Source: a virus
Lineage: Duplodnaviria; Heunggongvirae; Uroviricota; Caudoviricetes
Reading direction: 5' to 3' (one strand)
DNA: 64,000 bases
Virus record (IMG/VR): IMGVR_UViG_3300033068_001655
Shown here: piece by piece, positions 29,075 to 38,382 of the stretch
How positions within the stretch are numbered: position 1 is the stretch's first letter
How the letters are laid out: each line of letters opens with the position of its first letter
The notes under the pieces: generated by a model
What the model was told of the DNA's origin: nothing
The model's input: the letters and a program-made list of their open reading frames with translations, nothing else
Databases searched by the model: none
Program-made: the position numbers and the translations under genes

Positions 29075-31282
29075 TTATAATCTACCTATCAAATCTTTTT
29101 TACTCATTGAGTTTAGTTCTAATTTCTTTTTTTCTTCTTCAATATCTAAAATCAATTGAGCATCTTCATCTTGAACTTCGATCTTAACACGTTCAAGTGT
29201 TTTTTTGAAACTATCCTTATCAAAATCTATTGTGTAAGGGACTGATACATCGGAGTCTGGTCTATTAGGATCCGAACCACCTTTACCATCATCGTCAATA
29301 GGAACAATATCCCATTTGTCCTCTGGAATACCTTGTTCTTTTAAATATCTAATTATATCTTTAAGTCGTTGAACAAATGTTTCATCGCTATCAACTACTA
29401 AATATATAATATTATATGGTTTTAACCAACCTACTGGACTATCTAGTGTGATTTCACCTCTTTCAAACCTTTGAGTATCTGAATATAATGCTCTATCCGA
29501 ACGACCAATTGCTTGTTGTGATCCAATTATATTCATCATTCTACCAATAAGACCAGAGTTTAGGTTAGGTATATTTATGCCCTCCTTAGCAACAGAGTGT
29601 TGGTGTAATATATTATTACCGGACTCACGTATGAGGTCCATTATGGATTCTCTATCACCAGTAGTGGTTTCGGCGGCCATAAAATGATTATTTACTTCTG
29701 GTAAATATCTACTCATTTCATCACTACTTGCTATATGACGACAACCTTCTACGTGATCTCCAAATGTGATTAAGTTAGGTTCTTCATAATAATTTTTTAA
29801 ATCATTAAATGCGGAAATTATAGCAACTCCTTCATTTTGTGCTTTATCTAAATCTAATCCTTTTTTGGAAGCATTTCTTTTATCCTCACTTGAATTACGG
29901 AATTGTTTAACTCTAATAATTTTAAATATTAGAAATGGACAAACAAATCCTCTTACTCTCAAATCATTTCTATTTACATTGGCAAGTAGTGGTCCAAATA
30001 GATCTTCGTTAAAAGAACTTAAAATCTCACCATTTTTATTACTAGCACTATAAAATATAGAACCGTCTGTTCTATCGGAATTATTTTTAAGATATTCTGC
30101 GATCTCTAATTGTTCTGCTCTATCACTTGAATTAGAAATAATGTTATGATATTCATCAACTAATTCTAAACCAATTCTAATATTTTTTTCTTGTAATTTC
30201 TCTACTATACTAGAATATTTTAAACTTTGTGATTTCATTGTTGTAAATACAACAACTTTTCTTCCTTTTGACATTTCAGTTTCTATGAAAGAAACAATTT
30301 TATCCTTATCTAATTCTTGTACTACATTTACTAATTGAGGATTAAACTTTGGTCTCCCACCAGATTTAATGATTAAACAAGAAACCCCACTATCAACCTC
30401 TTTACCATCCTCGGTTTTATAACCAAACATTTTCCATTTATAAAACTCTCTAAATGTTTGATCTATAAGTGATCTTGTAGGTAAAACCATAACTGCTAGT
30501 TTCTTACCATATTTTTTAAAAGCATTATCAATGTTGTAATATTGACAAAGAGTTTTACCTGCTCCGGTTGAAGCACCTACTTTACCTTTTGATAAAGTTC
30601 CATCTAAAACTTTTTCGGTACCTAAATATTTTACTCCGTCTTTTTCATGTCCATTTAAGATCCAATCTTGTATCTCTCTTGGAGTATATGGATCTTCAAA
30701 CTTATCCTCAACAGATTCCTTTATACATTTTCTAAAATCATCCCAGAACTTTGGGTCTCTTTCGATCCAATATTCTTGTGTATCTCTACCGATTACTCTA
30801 CGTTTATTTCTAGCAGTTGTATATTGATAATGGAAGAGGTCGTCTCTATCATCAATATTTATGAATAATACATTATTATCTTTTTCTATACCCATATCAC
30901 TAGCAATAGCACTATTTATTGCTAATTCTCCAATAGTAAATTGGTGTCTTGGATTACCTCTCCATTTAGATTGTATTTGACCGGCATTTTCAAATAAACT
31001 AGTATATGTAAAATCATAACCCATTGTAAATGGATTATCACTTGTATCTCTAATATCTTTAATACCCAAAATAGGACTTTCATTATATCTAATACAAAAA
31101 TATTGAGTAAATATTTCAAATGGCATTCCTACACCATTTCTATATTCTTCTGTATCATGTGATCCTAAACTTTCACCATATCTTTTAATGGCAGTATTCA
31201 TTTCTTCATATGAATTGACATTTTCAAAAACTTTGTCTTTTTGTATTTTATATACTGACTGGTGTGTAATTATTTTAATCAT
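29075..31282 (-). CDS. SF2 (DExH) helicase with N-terminal Mrr-like PD-(D/E)XK nuclease (Type ISP/Res-like)
   Basis: STGAGKT, LVDEYH, SAS, KEGINIP, QAIGRSDR; N-terminal FEIF...GYDF...IQSKW. Confidence 0.8.
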   Translation of the reverse strand: MIKIITHQSVYKIQKDKVFENVNSYEEMNTAIKRYGESLGSHDTEEYRNGVGMPFEIFTQYFCIRYNESPILGIKDIRDTSDNPFTMGYDFTYTSLFENAGQIQSKWRGNPRHQFTIGELAINSAIASDMGIEKDNNVLFINIDDRDDLFHYQYTTARNKRRVIGRDTQEYWIERDPKFWDDFRKCIKESVEDKFEDPYTPREIQDWILNGHEKDGVKYLGTEKVLDGTLSKGKVGASTGAGKTLCQYYNIDNAFKKYGKKLAVMVLPTRSLIDQTFREFYKWKMFGYKTEDGKEVDSGVSCLIIKSGGRPKFNPQLVNVVQELDKDKIVSFIETEMSKGRKVVVFTTMKSQSLKYSSIVEKLQEKNIRIGLELVDEYHNIISNSSDRAEQLEIAEYLKNNSDRTDGSIFYSASNKNGEILSSFNEDLFGPLLANVNRNDLRVRGFVCPFLIFKIIRVKQFRNSSEDKRNASKKGLDLDKAQNEGVAIISAFNDLKNYYEEPNLITFGDHVEGCRHIASSDEMSRYLPEVNNHFMAAETTTGDRESIMDLIRESGNNILHQHSVAKEGINIPNLNSGLIGRMMNIIGSQQAIGRSDRALYSDTQRFERGEITLDSPVGWLKPYNIIYLVVDSDETFVQRLKDIIRYLKEQGIPEDKWDIVPIDDDGKGGSDPNRPDSDVSVPYTIDFDKDSFKKTLERVKIEVQDEDAQLILDIEEEKKKLELNSMSKKDLIGRL

Positions 31283-31296
31283 AGTTAAATTATTTT

Positions 31297-32298
31297 TTAC
31301 AAAGATAATAATTTTTTTAAATCTTCGTAGTTTTTATCGATTAAAAATATAAAGTTGTATCCTACTTTTTTGGAAAATTGCTCTTTTGTTTTATTTTCAG
31401 TCAAATCTTTATCATAAGTCCAAGAAGATTTTACTTCACAAATGAGATTTGATCTAGGTATATAAAAGTCGGAATGATACTTTCTCTCTTTATTATCTAA
31501 TGTATAATCGATGGTAGGTCCCTTTTCAAATAAAATATTATTTTCTATACAAAAGTTTATAAAATCCAATTCATATGTTCCTTGATATGTTATATCAAGA
31601 TTATTATGTTTTATTATTCTGTAGGAACTTTTATGTGCCTTATCAAAGATTTCTATATTTTTCATTACATTATCAACCCCATATCGTTCAAGATTAGTAT
31701 TTTTAATCTTATCTTTTATTTCTTGATTTTGAAAGACATTTTCTACACCGTATCTATCATTTATAGTTTTTACTATTTTTGTTTTAATTTTCTCATTATG
31801 AAAACTATATTTACATCCATATTTTTCAAGATTGGTCTTATACATTTTATTCTTTACATCTTGATTTTTAGACGATACTTCAAATCCATATCTTTCAAGA
31901 TTAGTAGTTTTAGTTTTCTCCAAGTATTCATTTGTTTTTGAATAATTACTTACACCATATTTTTCAAGATTAGTTGATTTTGATTTATTTACAATACTTA
32001 AACTTTTTTCCTTATCATTATGTAATTCCTTTATCTTTAAACTTCTAGATTCCTTAGCACATTCATTACATTTATATAAGTTGTTTCTTTTTATATTACC
32101 AGTATAGTTATAGTATTTTATGTTATTCGATGAATTACATATATCACAATAACAATCTAGTTTTATAGCAGAGGTTTCTATTAAATCTTCAATTTTAATA
32201 GTTATTTTTTTATTACACTTAATGTCATATCCTTTATCCTTATAATAGTTTATGGTCTTACCATTACCAACTATTTCAATTTCTTTAATTAAAATCAT
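31297..32298 (-). CDS. Free-standing PD-(D/E)XK endonuclease with KTNLEKYG repeats
   Basis: CDIC/CNEC, five or more TNLE[KR]YG-like repeats, YHSDFYIP..NLICEVKS. Confidence 0.75.
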   Translation of the reverse strand: MILIKEIEIVGNGKTINYYKDKGYDIKCNKKITIKIEDLIETSAIKLDCYCDICNSSNNIKYYNYTGNIKRNNLYKCNECAKESRSLKIKELHNDKEKSLSIVNKSKSTNLEKYGVSNYSKTNEYLEKTKTTNLERYGFEVSSKNQDVKNKMYKTNLEKYGCKYSFHNEKIKTKIVKTINDRYGVENVFQNQEIKDKIKNTNLERYGVDNVMKNIEIFDKAHKSSYRIIKHNNLDITYQGTYELDFINFCIENNILFEKGPTIDYTLDNKERKYHSDFYIPRSNLICEVKSSWTYDKDLTENKTKEQFSKKVGYNFIFLIDKNYEDLKKLLSL

Positions 32299-32462
32299 AG
32301 TATAATTCTTTTTAATTTTTCATTTTTACTATTCTTCATTAAATCTTGATAAATCAGCCACTCAATATATTTTGATTTATTTACAAACTCTTCATTTATT
32401 ATTTCATCCAATTTTCTGTCTATTGAGATCGATACTTTTACTTTCGTTTTATTGCTTTCCAT
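32295..32462 (-). CDS. Ribbon-helix-helix (CopG/Arc-like) protein, missing from the ORF track
   Basis: Manual translation MESNKTKVKVSISIDRKLDEIINEEFVNKSKYIEWLIYQDLMKNSKNEKLKRIIL (55 aa). ATGA overlap with the endonuclease. Confidence 0.7.
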   Translation of the reverse strand: MESNKTKVKVSISIDRKLDEIINEEFVNKSKYIEWLIYQDLMKNSKNEKLKRIIL

Positions 32463-32564
32463 ATTTTTAATTTTCTTTTATTATATATATTAAGTTTCAA
32501 AAGCGAAAAAGTGGTATTTTAGTAGAATTATTAAACTTTTTTCAAAAAAAATTATATTATTTAT

Positions 32565-32753
32565 ATGCCAAGGAAAAAAATAACAGAAGACAAGAAAAAA
32601 ATTAAAACTGGGGTCACGATAAATAGTGATGTAGTTAATTTAATGGATGAACTTCTTGAAGATATAGGTAATACTAATCGTTCAAGATATATCGAAAAAT
32701 TGATAAGAGAAGACCTTGAAAAAAGAGGTAAAGATGTCAGTAAAGATTTTTAA
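32565..32753 (+). CDS. Ribbon-helix-helix protein (divergent)
   Basis: KTGVTINSDVVNLMDE...NRSRYIEKLIREDL. Confidence 0.75.
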   Translation: MPRKKITEDKKKIKTGVTINSDVVNLMDELLEDIGNTNRSRYIEKLIREDLEKRGKDVSKDF

Positions 32754-32754
32754 T

Positions 32755-32786
32755 AAAAAAGACCTACAAATTGTAGGTCTTTTTTT
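32755..32786. terminator. Bidirectional intrinsic terminator
   Basis: aaaaaagacctaca-aat-tgtaggtctttttt. Confidence 0.85.
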
Positions 32787-33363
32787 ATTTTTGTAAGTTC
32801 ATATATTCTTTTAGTTTCAATAAAATATAATCGGTTATAAGATCAGATGGTTGAATATCTTTTAATCTTTTTACATCAATTTTTACTGATTTAGACATTG
32901 CCTCGTGTTTTGTGCCGTCTCCCTTCGCAATTACTTCCTTATAATCTTTCTCATGTAAAGGAATTATATAAGGATAAACCTTATTAGCATTCATTTTAGT
33001 TAAGAAAAGTGGTCTCAATGGTTCTAGTTCAAAGTCTTCTCTTAAAACAATACCAGCTTCTTCTTCAAGTTCTCTAGTAATTGCTAAGTCGTGTGCTTCT
33101 CCTTCTTCAACACCTCCACCGACTAATGTAAGGTGGTATTCGGTACCATCAGTATATTTGAATGTTGGGATATATTCATATCTTAAAATTACTTGATTTG
33201 ACTCAATTAAGTATGGAATACATACAACATAATCTTTGTGTCTTACAACCGACCAGTCTTCAAATTTAATGACTGACATATGTTTATCTTGATAAACTGG
33301 TTCTAGTTTATCTTTTTTAAAATCTTCTTTTGGTTTTAATTTTGAAAATTTAGACATGCTCAT
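32785..33363 (-). CDS. Nudix hydrolase (ADP-ribose pyrophosphatase-like)
   Basis: Nudix box GGGVEEGEAHDLAITRELEEEAG. Confidence 0.85.
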   Translation of the reverse strand: MSMSKFSKLKPKEDFKKDKLEPVYQDKHMSVIKFEDWSVVRHKDYVVCIPYLIESNQVILRYEYIPTFKYTDGTEYHLTLVGGGVEEGEAHDLAITRELEEEAGIVLREDFELEPLRPLFLTKMNANKVYPYIIPLHEKDYKEVIAKGDGTKHEAMSKSVKIDVKRLKDIQPSDLITDYILLKLKEYMNLQK

Positions 33364-34075
33364 ATTCTAATTTATCTCTTTTTATATCTCTGTTTATCTT
33401 ACTACAGAGTGGTTGTAAATTACTATAATGGTTTAACCTAATTATATCATCCTCAGTTTTTGCGGAGGATATTGGTATAATATGATCTATATCCCAACCA
33501 TAATTTAATTCACCATTATATAAACCATGATTTTCCCAGTTCATCCAAGCTTCAAATTTAGATTCTAAATGTAGTTTAAGTTCTTCAAATGAACAACCTA
33601 ATATTAGTTCTGTTTTTGACTCCTTTAAATATCCTGCTTTTCTTAGATTTGATTTTATGGAGGTTCTTATATTAGAACTTAGTTTATATAAAGGGTCTGT
33701 TTTCTTTTTATAGTTTTCATACTCACGTCTATATTCTCTTAGAGATTCACGTTTTTTGATTCTATATTCCTTATAATATTCGCTTTGGTATTCATCATTT
33801 CTATTTTCCTTTACTCTATTACAAATATTCTCTTTATTTTCAATATAATATTCTTTCTTTTTAATAGATATTTTTTCTTTATTTATAATATTATATTCTT
33901 TATTATAATTTCTTTGTTGATCTGGTGTATATGAACTTTTATATACATAATTTTTACTACTTCTATATTTTTTAGTACACTCTATACACTCATTTCTATA
34001 ACCATCTTTACTATCATTTCTAATGGGAAATAATTTATATTCTTTTTCGATATTACATTTTTTACAAAATTTCAT
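33350..34075 (-). CDS. HNH homing endonuclease, family copy 1
   Basis: N-terminal CKKC...CIEC; C-terminal WDIDHIIP...NHYSNLQPLCSKINR. Confidence 0.85.
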   Translation of the reverse strand: MKFCKKCNIEKEYKLFPIRNDSKDGYRNECIECTKKYRSSKNYVYKSSYTPDQQRNYNKEYNIINKEKISIKKKEYYIENKENICNRVKENRNDEYQSEYYKEYRIKKRESLREYRREYENYKKKTDPLYKLSSNIRTSIKSNLRKAGYLKESKTELILGCSFEELKLHLESKFEAWMNWENHGLYNGELNYGWDIDHIIPISSAKTEDDIIRLNHYSNLQPLCSKINRDIKRDKLEYEHV

Positions 34076-34092
34076 ATCTTATATATTAAATT

Positions 34093-34728
34093 TTAATAAC
34101 GGTAATTACGTGTAGCTTTTCTACATTTGATTTGTGATTTCACATTATTTAATTCAGAAGTACCTGCTTCTAAACGAGCAGAACGTCTTTTTAAAACTAA
34201 GCCTTCAATCATATCAATTTCCACTAAATCATTATACAAATCTAAGAAGTTTGCAGTATATGATTTAACACGGTAAATATTTTCTGAAATACCATATAAG
34301 TAAGGTTTATCACTATTTTCTGTACCATATAATTGGTCAAGTAAAACAACTCTTTCTTCAAAAGTTTTTCCTACTAAAGAGTCACCATCTAAAACAAGAA
34401 TATCAAATATAACAAACTTGTGATTGAAAACTTTACGATTTTCATCACTTTTTGATTTATTCATATACTCACCGTTGATTACCATCCATTCACCGTTTCC
34501 ACGGTACATAGATTTTATCTCTTCGTCGGTAAGTCGAAAGTTAGTAAGTCTAGAGTTGTGTCTATTCATTACAATGTGTTTTTCACCATTTGTATAAATA
34601 GTAGTATTAGAACCATTAAGTTTTGGTTGTGCTAGAAGTGTATTATTATCCCAAAAGTCTAAATCACTAGACATTATTGCATTCTTGGGTCTGGGTGGAA
34701 AAATATACTTGTAATTATTATATTTCAT
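34093..34728 (-). CDS. Minimal ATP-dependent ligase (adenylation domain only)
   Basis: Motif I QPKLNG, III INGEY, IIIa FVIFDIL, IV EGLVLKR, V KCRK. No OB-fold. Likely start MKYNNY at 34728. Confidence 0.8.
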   Translation of the reverse strand: MKYNNYKYIFPPRPKNAIMSSDLDFWDNNTLLAQPKLNGSNTTIYTNGEKHIVMNRHNSRLTNFRLTDEEIKSMYRGNGEWMVINGEYMNKSKSDENRKVFNHKFVIFDILVLDGDSLVGKTFEERVVLLDQLYGTENSDKPYLYGISENIYRVKSYTANFLDLYNDLVEIDMIEGLVLKRRSARLEAGTSELNNVKSQIKCRKATRNYRY

Positions 34729-34747
34729 AGAGATAATTATTATTCTA

Positions 34748-34755
34748 CAAATATA
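34748..34755 (-). promoter_or_regulatory. Bacteroidota-type -7 element (TATATTTG)
   Basis: TAnnTTTG match upstream of the ligase, just downstream of a terminator. Confidence 0.6.
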
Positions 34756-34766
34756 CAACAAAAAAA

Positions 34767-34796
34767 TAAATCCACCAAAAAAATGGTGGATATTTA
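34767..34796. terminator. Intrinsic terminator hairpin
   Basis: tccacca-aaaaaa-tggtgga flanked by A/T runs. Confidence 0.65.
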
Positions 34797-34836
34797 TGCA
34801 ACATCATGATATACTATATAATATAATCGCCTGGGA

Positions 34837-35421
34837 TTACCAGTTTATATTTTTAAATATAACAAATAAGTCTATTAAGTGTTTTCTTTTAGCAGTGAAT
34901 TGGTAGTTTTCTGCATTATCTACCATTTGTATTTTTTGTTCTACGATTTGTAGAGGGTCTTGTATCTTCAATTCTTTCCCTTTAAAAGTAAAAGTATTAT
35001 ATTTTACTTTATTATCATCATTTAAAAAGAAATCTACATTAAAAGTCAGTCTTTTACGAAAGATATTTCTCCATTTGAAATTTTCGGTAATATATTGATA
35101 ACCAATTCTCGTAGAAGTAGTTTCTATATTTTCATCACCATATCTGTTTTTATGACACGATCCGACAGGTCTTTTATCGACAATCAAATCTAAGTCTGAC
35201 ATATCTCTATATATTAAACCATATAGATTTAATGCTAATGATCCAGATATAACTGCATCTGAATAATTATCTACAATGAAATCTAATTCTCTTGAGTATA
35301 AATCACTAAGATTATCTTTTACCTTAAATTTTATATCTTCGGTAACCATTCTAATCTTTAGATTTCTCATTTCACTTAAAGGTGAAAAGTCGTCTGGTAT
35401 TGATAAAATTGATCCTACCAT
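34837..35421 (-). CDS. Pol-beta superfamily nucleotidyltransferase-like protein
   Basis: ISGSLAL...DMSDLDLIV (GS...DxD) plus a later VDFF strand. Confidence 0.65.
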   Translation of the reverse strand: MVGSILSIPDDFSPLSEMRNLKIRMVTEDIKFKVKDNLSDLYSRELDFIVDNYSDAVISGSLALNLYGLIYRDMSDLDLIVDKRPVGSCHKNRYGDENIETTSTRIGYQYITENFKWRNIFRKRLTFNVDFFLNDDNKVKYNTFTFKGKELKIQDPLQIVEQKIQMVDNAENYQFTAKRKHLIDLFVIFKNINW

Positions 35422-35537
35422 TCTGATTGATTTAATTCTTCTTGCATTAGTTCATACTCTAAAAAGTCTCTATACATTGCGTCTAAAGATTCCATTTGTT
35501 CAGCTGAGTAAAATTCGTAGTCGTAGTCTTGGTACAT
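35415..35537 (-). CDS. 40-aa highly acidic peptide, missing from the ORF track
   Basis: Manual translation MYQDYDYEFYSAEQMESLDAMYRDFLEYELMQEELNQSEW. Has its own promoter and overlaps the next start. Confidence 0.6.
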   Translation of the reverse strand: MYQDYDYEFYSAEQMESLDAMYRDFLEYELMQEELNQSEW

Positions 35538-35557
35538 AGTTTTCTTATTTTGTTCTA

Positions 35558-35565
35558 CAAAGATA
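35558..35565 (-). promoter_or_regulatory. Bacteroidota-type -7 element (TATCTTTG)
   Basis: TAnnTTTG match 20 nt upstream of the acidic peptide ATG. Confidence 0.6.
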
Positions 35566-35576
35566 CAAAATTTATT

Positions 35577-35993
35577 TTAAATAGTAAAGCCAGTTTGTAA
35601 ATTATTTACAAATCTTTCCGGTAAATAAACATTTTTTAACATTACTGCTTTCTTGAAAAGTGGTGCAATTTGTTCTACTGTAAAATAAGCTAAATTACAA
35701 CCTAATTCAACTACATAGAATGTTAAATCTTGATTATCTTTAGCAAATTGGATAAAAGTATCAATTCCTTCTTTTACTTCTTGTAAAGAAACAGGTTGAT
35801 AATCCTTTCGTAATTCTTTTGTTATTATTGCATATGATTGTCCTTGTAGACCGGTGGATTGACCATATATGGCACCAAATTTAAGACGAGCTGTTAAGGC
35901 AGCTCCTTTTCCGTGTCTACCTTGACGGTTAGAACCAAATACAAAGATTTCATTTTGTTTTAATTCTTTTATGTAGTTAGGAGTTATATACAT
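35577..35993 (-). CDS. A1S_2505-family / macro-domain-like phage protein
   Basis: IFVFGSNRQGRHGKGAA..A..KFGA.YG...GLQGQSYAI; VELGCNLAY. Confidence 0.75.
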   Translation of the reverse strand: MYITPNYIKELKQNEIFVFGSNRQGRHGKGAALTARLKFGAIYGQSTGLQGQSYAIITKELRKDYQPVSLQEVKEGIDTFIQFAKDNQDLTFYVVELGCNLAYFTVEQIAPLFKKAVMLKNVYLPERFVNNLQTGFTI

Positions 35994-36342
35994 CTTTTTT
36001 AATTAAATCACCAATTTTTGGTTTTTCTATTATTCCAGTTCCACCAGGAAGACCTAGTAAGTCATTTATTTTTCTTTCTCTTAAAACAGACTTTGAATAA
36101 AAGGATTGCATATCTATCGCACGATATGGTAGATATAAATTTTTTAATCTTCTGTATCTTGGACCACAAATGGTTTCTAAAAAAATTTCTTTTTCTATAT
36201 CTTTATTTAGATAACCATAATCTTCCATATCATAATAAGAAAGTGACTCGTAGTAGTCATAGTAATCCCACCACATTGTGTGTTCACTTTCAATTTCAGC
36301 TCTAAATATTTTTGCTTCGTAAGTTTTATTTAGTGGTCTCAT
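35977..36342 (-). CDS. Hypothetical protein with RERKINDLLG tag
   Basis: 121-aa ORF in the operon. Confidence 0.6.
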   Translation of the reverse strand: MRPLNKTYEAKIFRAEIESEHTMWWDYYDYYESLSYYDMEDYGYLNKDIEKEIFLETICGPRYRRLKNLYLPYRAIDMQSFYSKSVLRERKINDLLGLPGGTGIIEKPKIGDLIKKDVYNS

Positions 36343-36378
36343 TAAACAATAAATTTTTTTCTTTTATAGAAGTATATA

Positions 36379-36810
36379 TTAGTTGATTAAATCCAACAAA
36401 TGTGCAACTCTATTAAATATTTTATCTTTTGCTTCTTCTTTTGTTAAAAATCCACACCAATCTAACTCTTCAATTTGAAGATTTTCAGTAGGAATAACCT
36501 CACTTTTTAATCCTATTTCAGAAATGTCATTTATATAAACGGTATATAAATATAATCTTTTATAAGTATTACCATGTTTATCAGTATAGTTTATAATGAT
36601 GGCTTCATCAGGATTACTAATTTGTTCTTTAGTAATAGTAATAGAAGTTTCTTCTGCTAATTCTCTAATTGCAGCATCTTTTTTCTTTTCGTCTTTTTCA
36701 ATTCCACCTTTTGGAAATGAGAATGTTCCTTTCCATCTTGCATTAGTTGCGTGTGAAAGAAGGATTTTATTTTTATTTAAAATTATTATTACTCCTGCTG
36801 ATTTTTTCAT
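36379..36810 (-). CDS. Nudix hydrolase
   Basis: FPKGGIEKDEKKKDAAIRELAEET. Confidence 0.9.
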   Translation of the reverse strand: MKKSAGVIIILNKNKILLSHATNARWKGTFSFPKGGIEKDEKKKDAAIRELAEETSITITKEQISNPDEAIIINYTDKHGNTYKRLYLYTVYINDISEIGLKSEVIPTENLQIEELDWCGFLTKEEAKDKIFNRVAHLLDLIN

Positions 36811-37205
36811 TGTATTCCTAAATCTTTTAACTTATTATCTCTTTTTAGAGCTTTTTTGACATCATCTGGTATATCACCAACAAATCCATCCCAATCTTTT
36901 ATTTTTGTAACTGCTTGATTTGATACAATTATATCTTTAATCTCTTTTTTAATTTCTTTAGCGTGTAGTCCTATACCAACTAATGCCGCATTATTAGGGT
37001 TTAAACATATCATTTCGGTTTTTGTTTCTGTTTCAGTTGCACCTAAACCAAACCAAGTCTTTCTCGTAATTACTTTATCTACTTTCTTATAAACAAATAA
37101 ATTATGATATACGTTAGTATATCTCTTTCTAATATCAAAATAATATGTTTCACCGTCCTCAAATATGAAGGGTGTCATTTCAACTATGATTTCATCTTTC
37201 TCCAT
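36807..37205 (-). CDS. Hypothetical protein with C-terminal RDNKLKDLGI tag
   Basis: 132-aa ORF with ATGA coupling. Confidence 0.7.
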   Translation of the reverse strand: MEKDEIIVEMTPFIFEDGETYYFDIRKRYTNVYHNLFVYKKVDKVITRKTWFGLGATETETKTEMICLNPNNAALVGIGLHAKEIKKEIKDIIVSNQAVTKIKDWDGFVGDIPDDVKKALKRDNKLKDLGIQ

Positions 37206-37823
37206 TTAATTAAATGTTAAGTTATAAACCTCTTGTATTGCCAAAATACCATTTGGTTTTATCTCTCTTGTTCCAATTCCTGCAAAATTTTCAGAGGTAA
37301 TAACAGGTGTGCCTTTTAATTCTCTAAATGATAATGATGTATAAGACCATCTAAACCATTTATCTTTCTCTTGATCAAAAACATAGACTGTTTTTCTATT
37401 ATCTATTGCCATTTGAACTGCATAACCTGTACCACCATCAACTACTTGAAGTTCTGATTTATTATAAAACCCTTTTGAACCTTTTTTACCTGGTTCTATT
37501 ATAGTTCCAATTGCAAAAACTTCATCAGAGTATTTAACTTGAGCCCAATTTCTTGTAAGTAAATTCATAAACCTATGAATACCGTATCTATTTAAAGAAC
37601 GATTTGCTAATTGAATAGCTTTAACTCCTTCTTCATAATCAGAATCACTGATTTCTACTTTGTTTTCAGTAGTGTGATATTTTGTCTTATAGGAATAAGC
37701 TTTTGTTTTCACACCATACTTAGTACCTATAGTTTCCCAAGCGGTGTCAGAACCTTCTGCACCACCAGAGTGACATACTAATCTATCTAACCTAATAGGT
37801 TCATTTCCAAATATATCTATCAT
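37206..37823 (-). CDS. SLOG-superfamily (YspA/YAcAr-like) nucleotide-binding protein
   Basis: HSGGAEGSD, RNWAQV, GGTGYAV, FAGIGTR. Likely start MIDIF at 37823. Confidence 0.65.
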   Translation of the reverse strand: MIDIFGNEPIRLDRLVCHSGGAEGSDTAWETIGTKYGVKTKAYSYKTKYHTTENKVEISDSDYEEGVKAIQLANRSLNRYGIHRFMNLLTRNWAQVKYSDEVFAIGTIIEPGKKGSKGFYNKSELQVVDGGTGYAVQMAIDNRKTVYVFDQEKDKWFRWSYTSLSFRELKGTPVITSENFAGIGTREIKPNGILAIQEVYNLTFN

Positions 37824-37972
37824 ATGTCCCAAACTTTTTTACAATCATTACAGGTATGTCTATCAAATTTAATACCATAACTCATTCTTTTACCTACTAT
37901 TATAGGACCATTAGTTCTTCTGAACTTTTTCTCAATAGTTACATTTTCTGAACCACAACTACATTTTATCAT
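37820..37972 (-). CDS. 50-aa zinc-ribbon protein, missing from the ORF track
   Basis: MIKCSCGSENV...HTCNDCKKVWDI. ATGA overlaps at both ends. Confidence 0.65.
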   Translation of the reverse strand: MIKCSCGSENVTIEKKFRRTNGPIIVGKRMSYGIKFDRHTCNDCKKVWDI

Positions 37973-38382
37973 ACTCCTAATTTTTTTAATTTATAGTCTC
38001 TTATCATAGTCATAAGGTTTTTATCTATTTCTTTCATATCATTAATTAAATTATTATTTAATTCATTTATGAGTAAAATGTCATTTATCTTATCTTTTGA
38101 TAACATCAAAAAGTATTTTGGATCTGTCCCTGGTATTTTCATATAGTAATTTTGTTGAGGTAGAGACCAATTTATTTCCCAAACATCTTTACATATTGTT
38201 GTACCTATTATATAATTTTCTATCACAATCATTGTCATATGTTTACTCATTTTCTTTGAATAAACTTTTACATTAAATCTAGTTAATTCTTCATTATATT
38301 TTATGTGATTAGTTTCAGTAATCTTGTATTTATCCTCAAAGAAAACTTCATTGAGTAATTCTCTTAAATCATTTGTATTCAT
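37969..38382 (-). CDS. Hypothetical protein with C-terminal RDYKLKKLGV tag
   Basis: 137-aa ORF. Confidence 0.65.
   Translation of the reverse strand: MNTNDLRELLNEVFFEDKYKITETNHIKYNEELTRFNVKVYSKKMSKHMTMIVIENYIIGTTICKDVWEINWSLPQQNYYMKIPGTDPKYFLMLSKDKINDILLINELNNNLINDMKEIDKNLMTMIRDYKLKKLGV

Noticed and set aside
34796-34836. Short AT-rich intergenic stretch as an ncRNA
   Set aside because: Pairing is weak and AT-only, with no shared motif.
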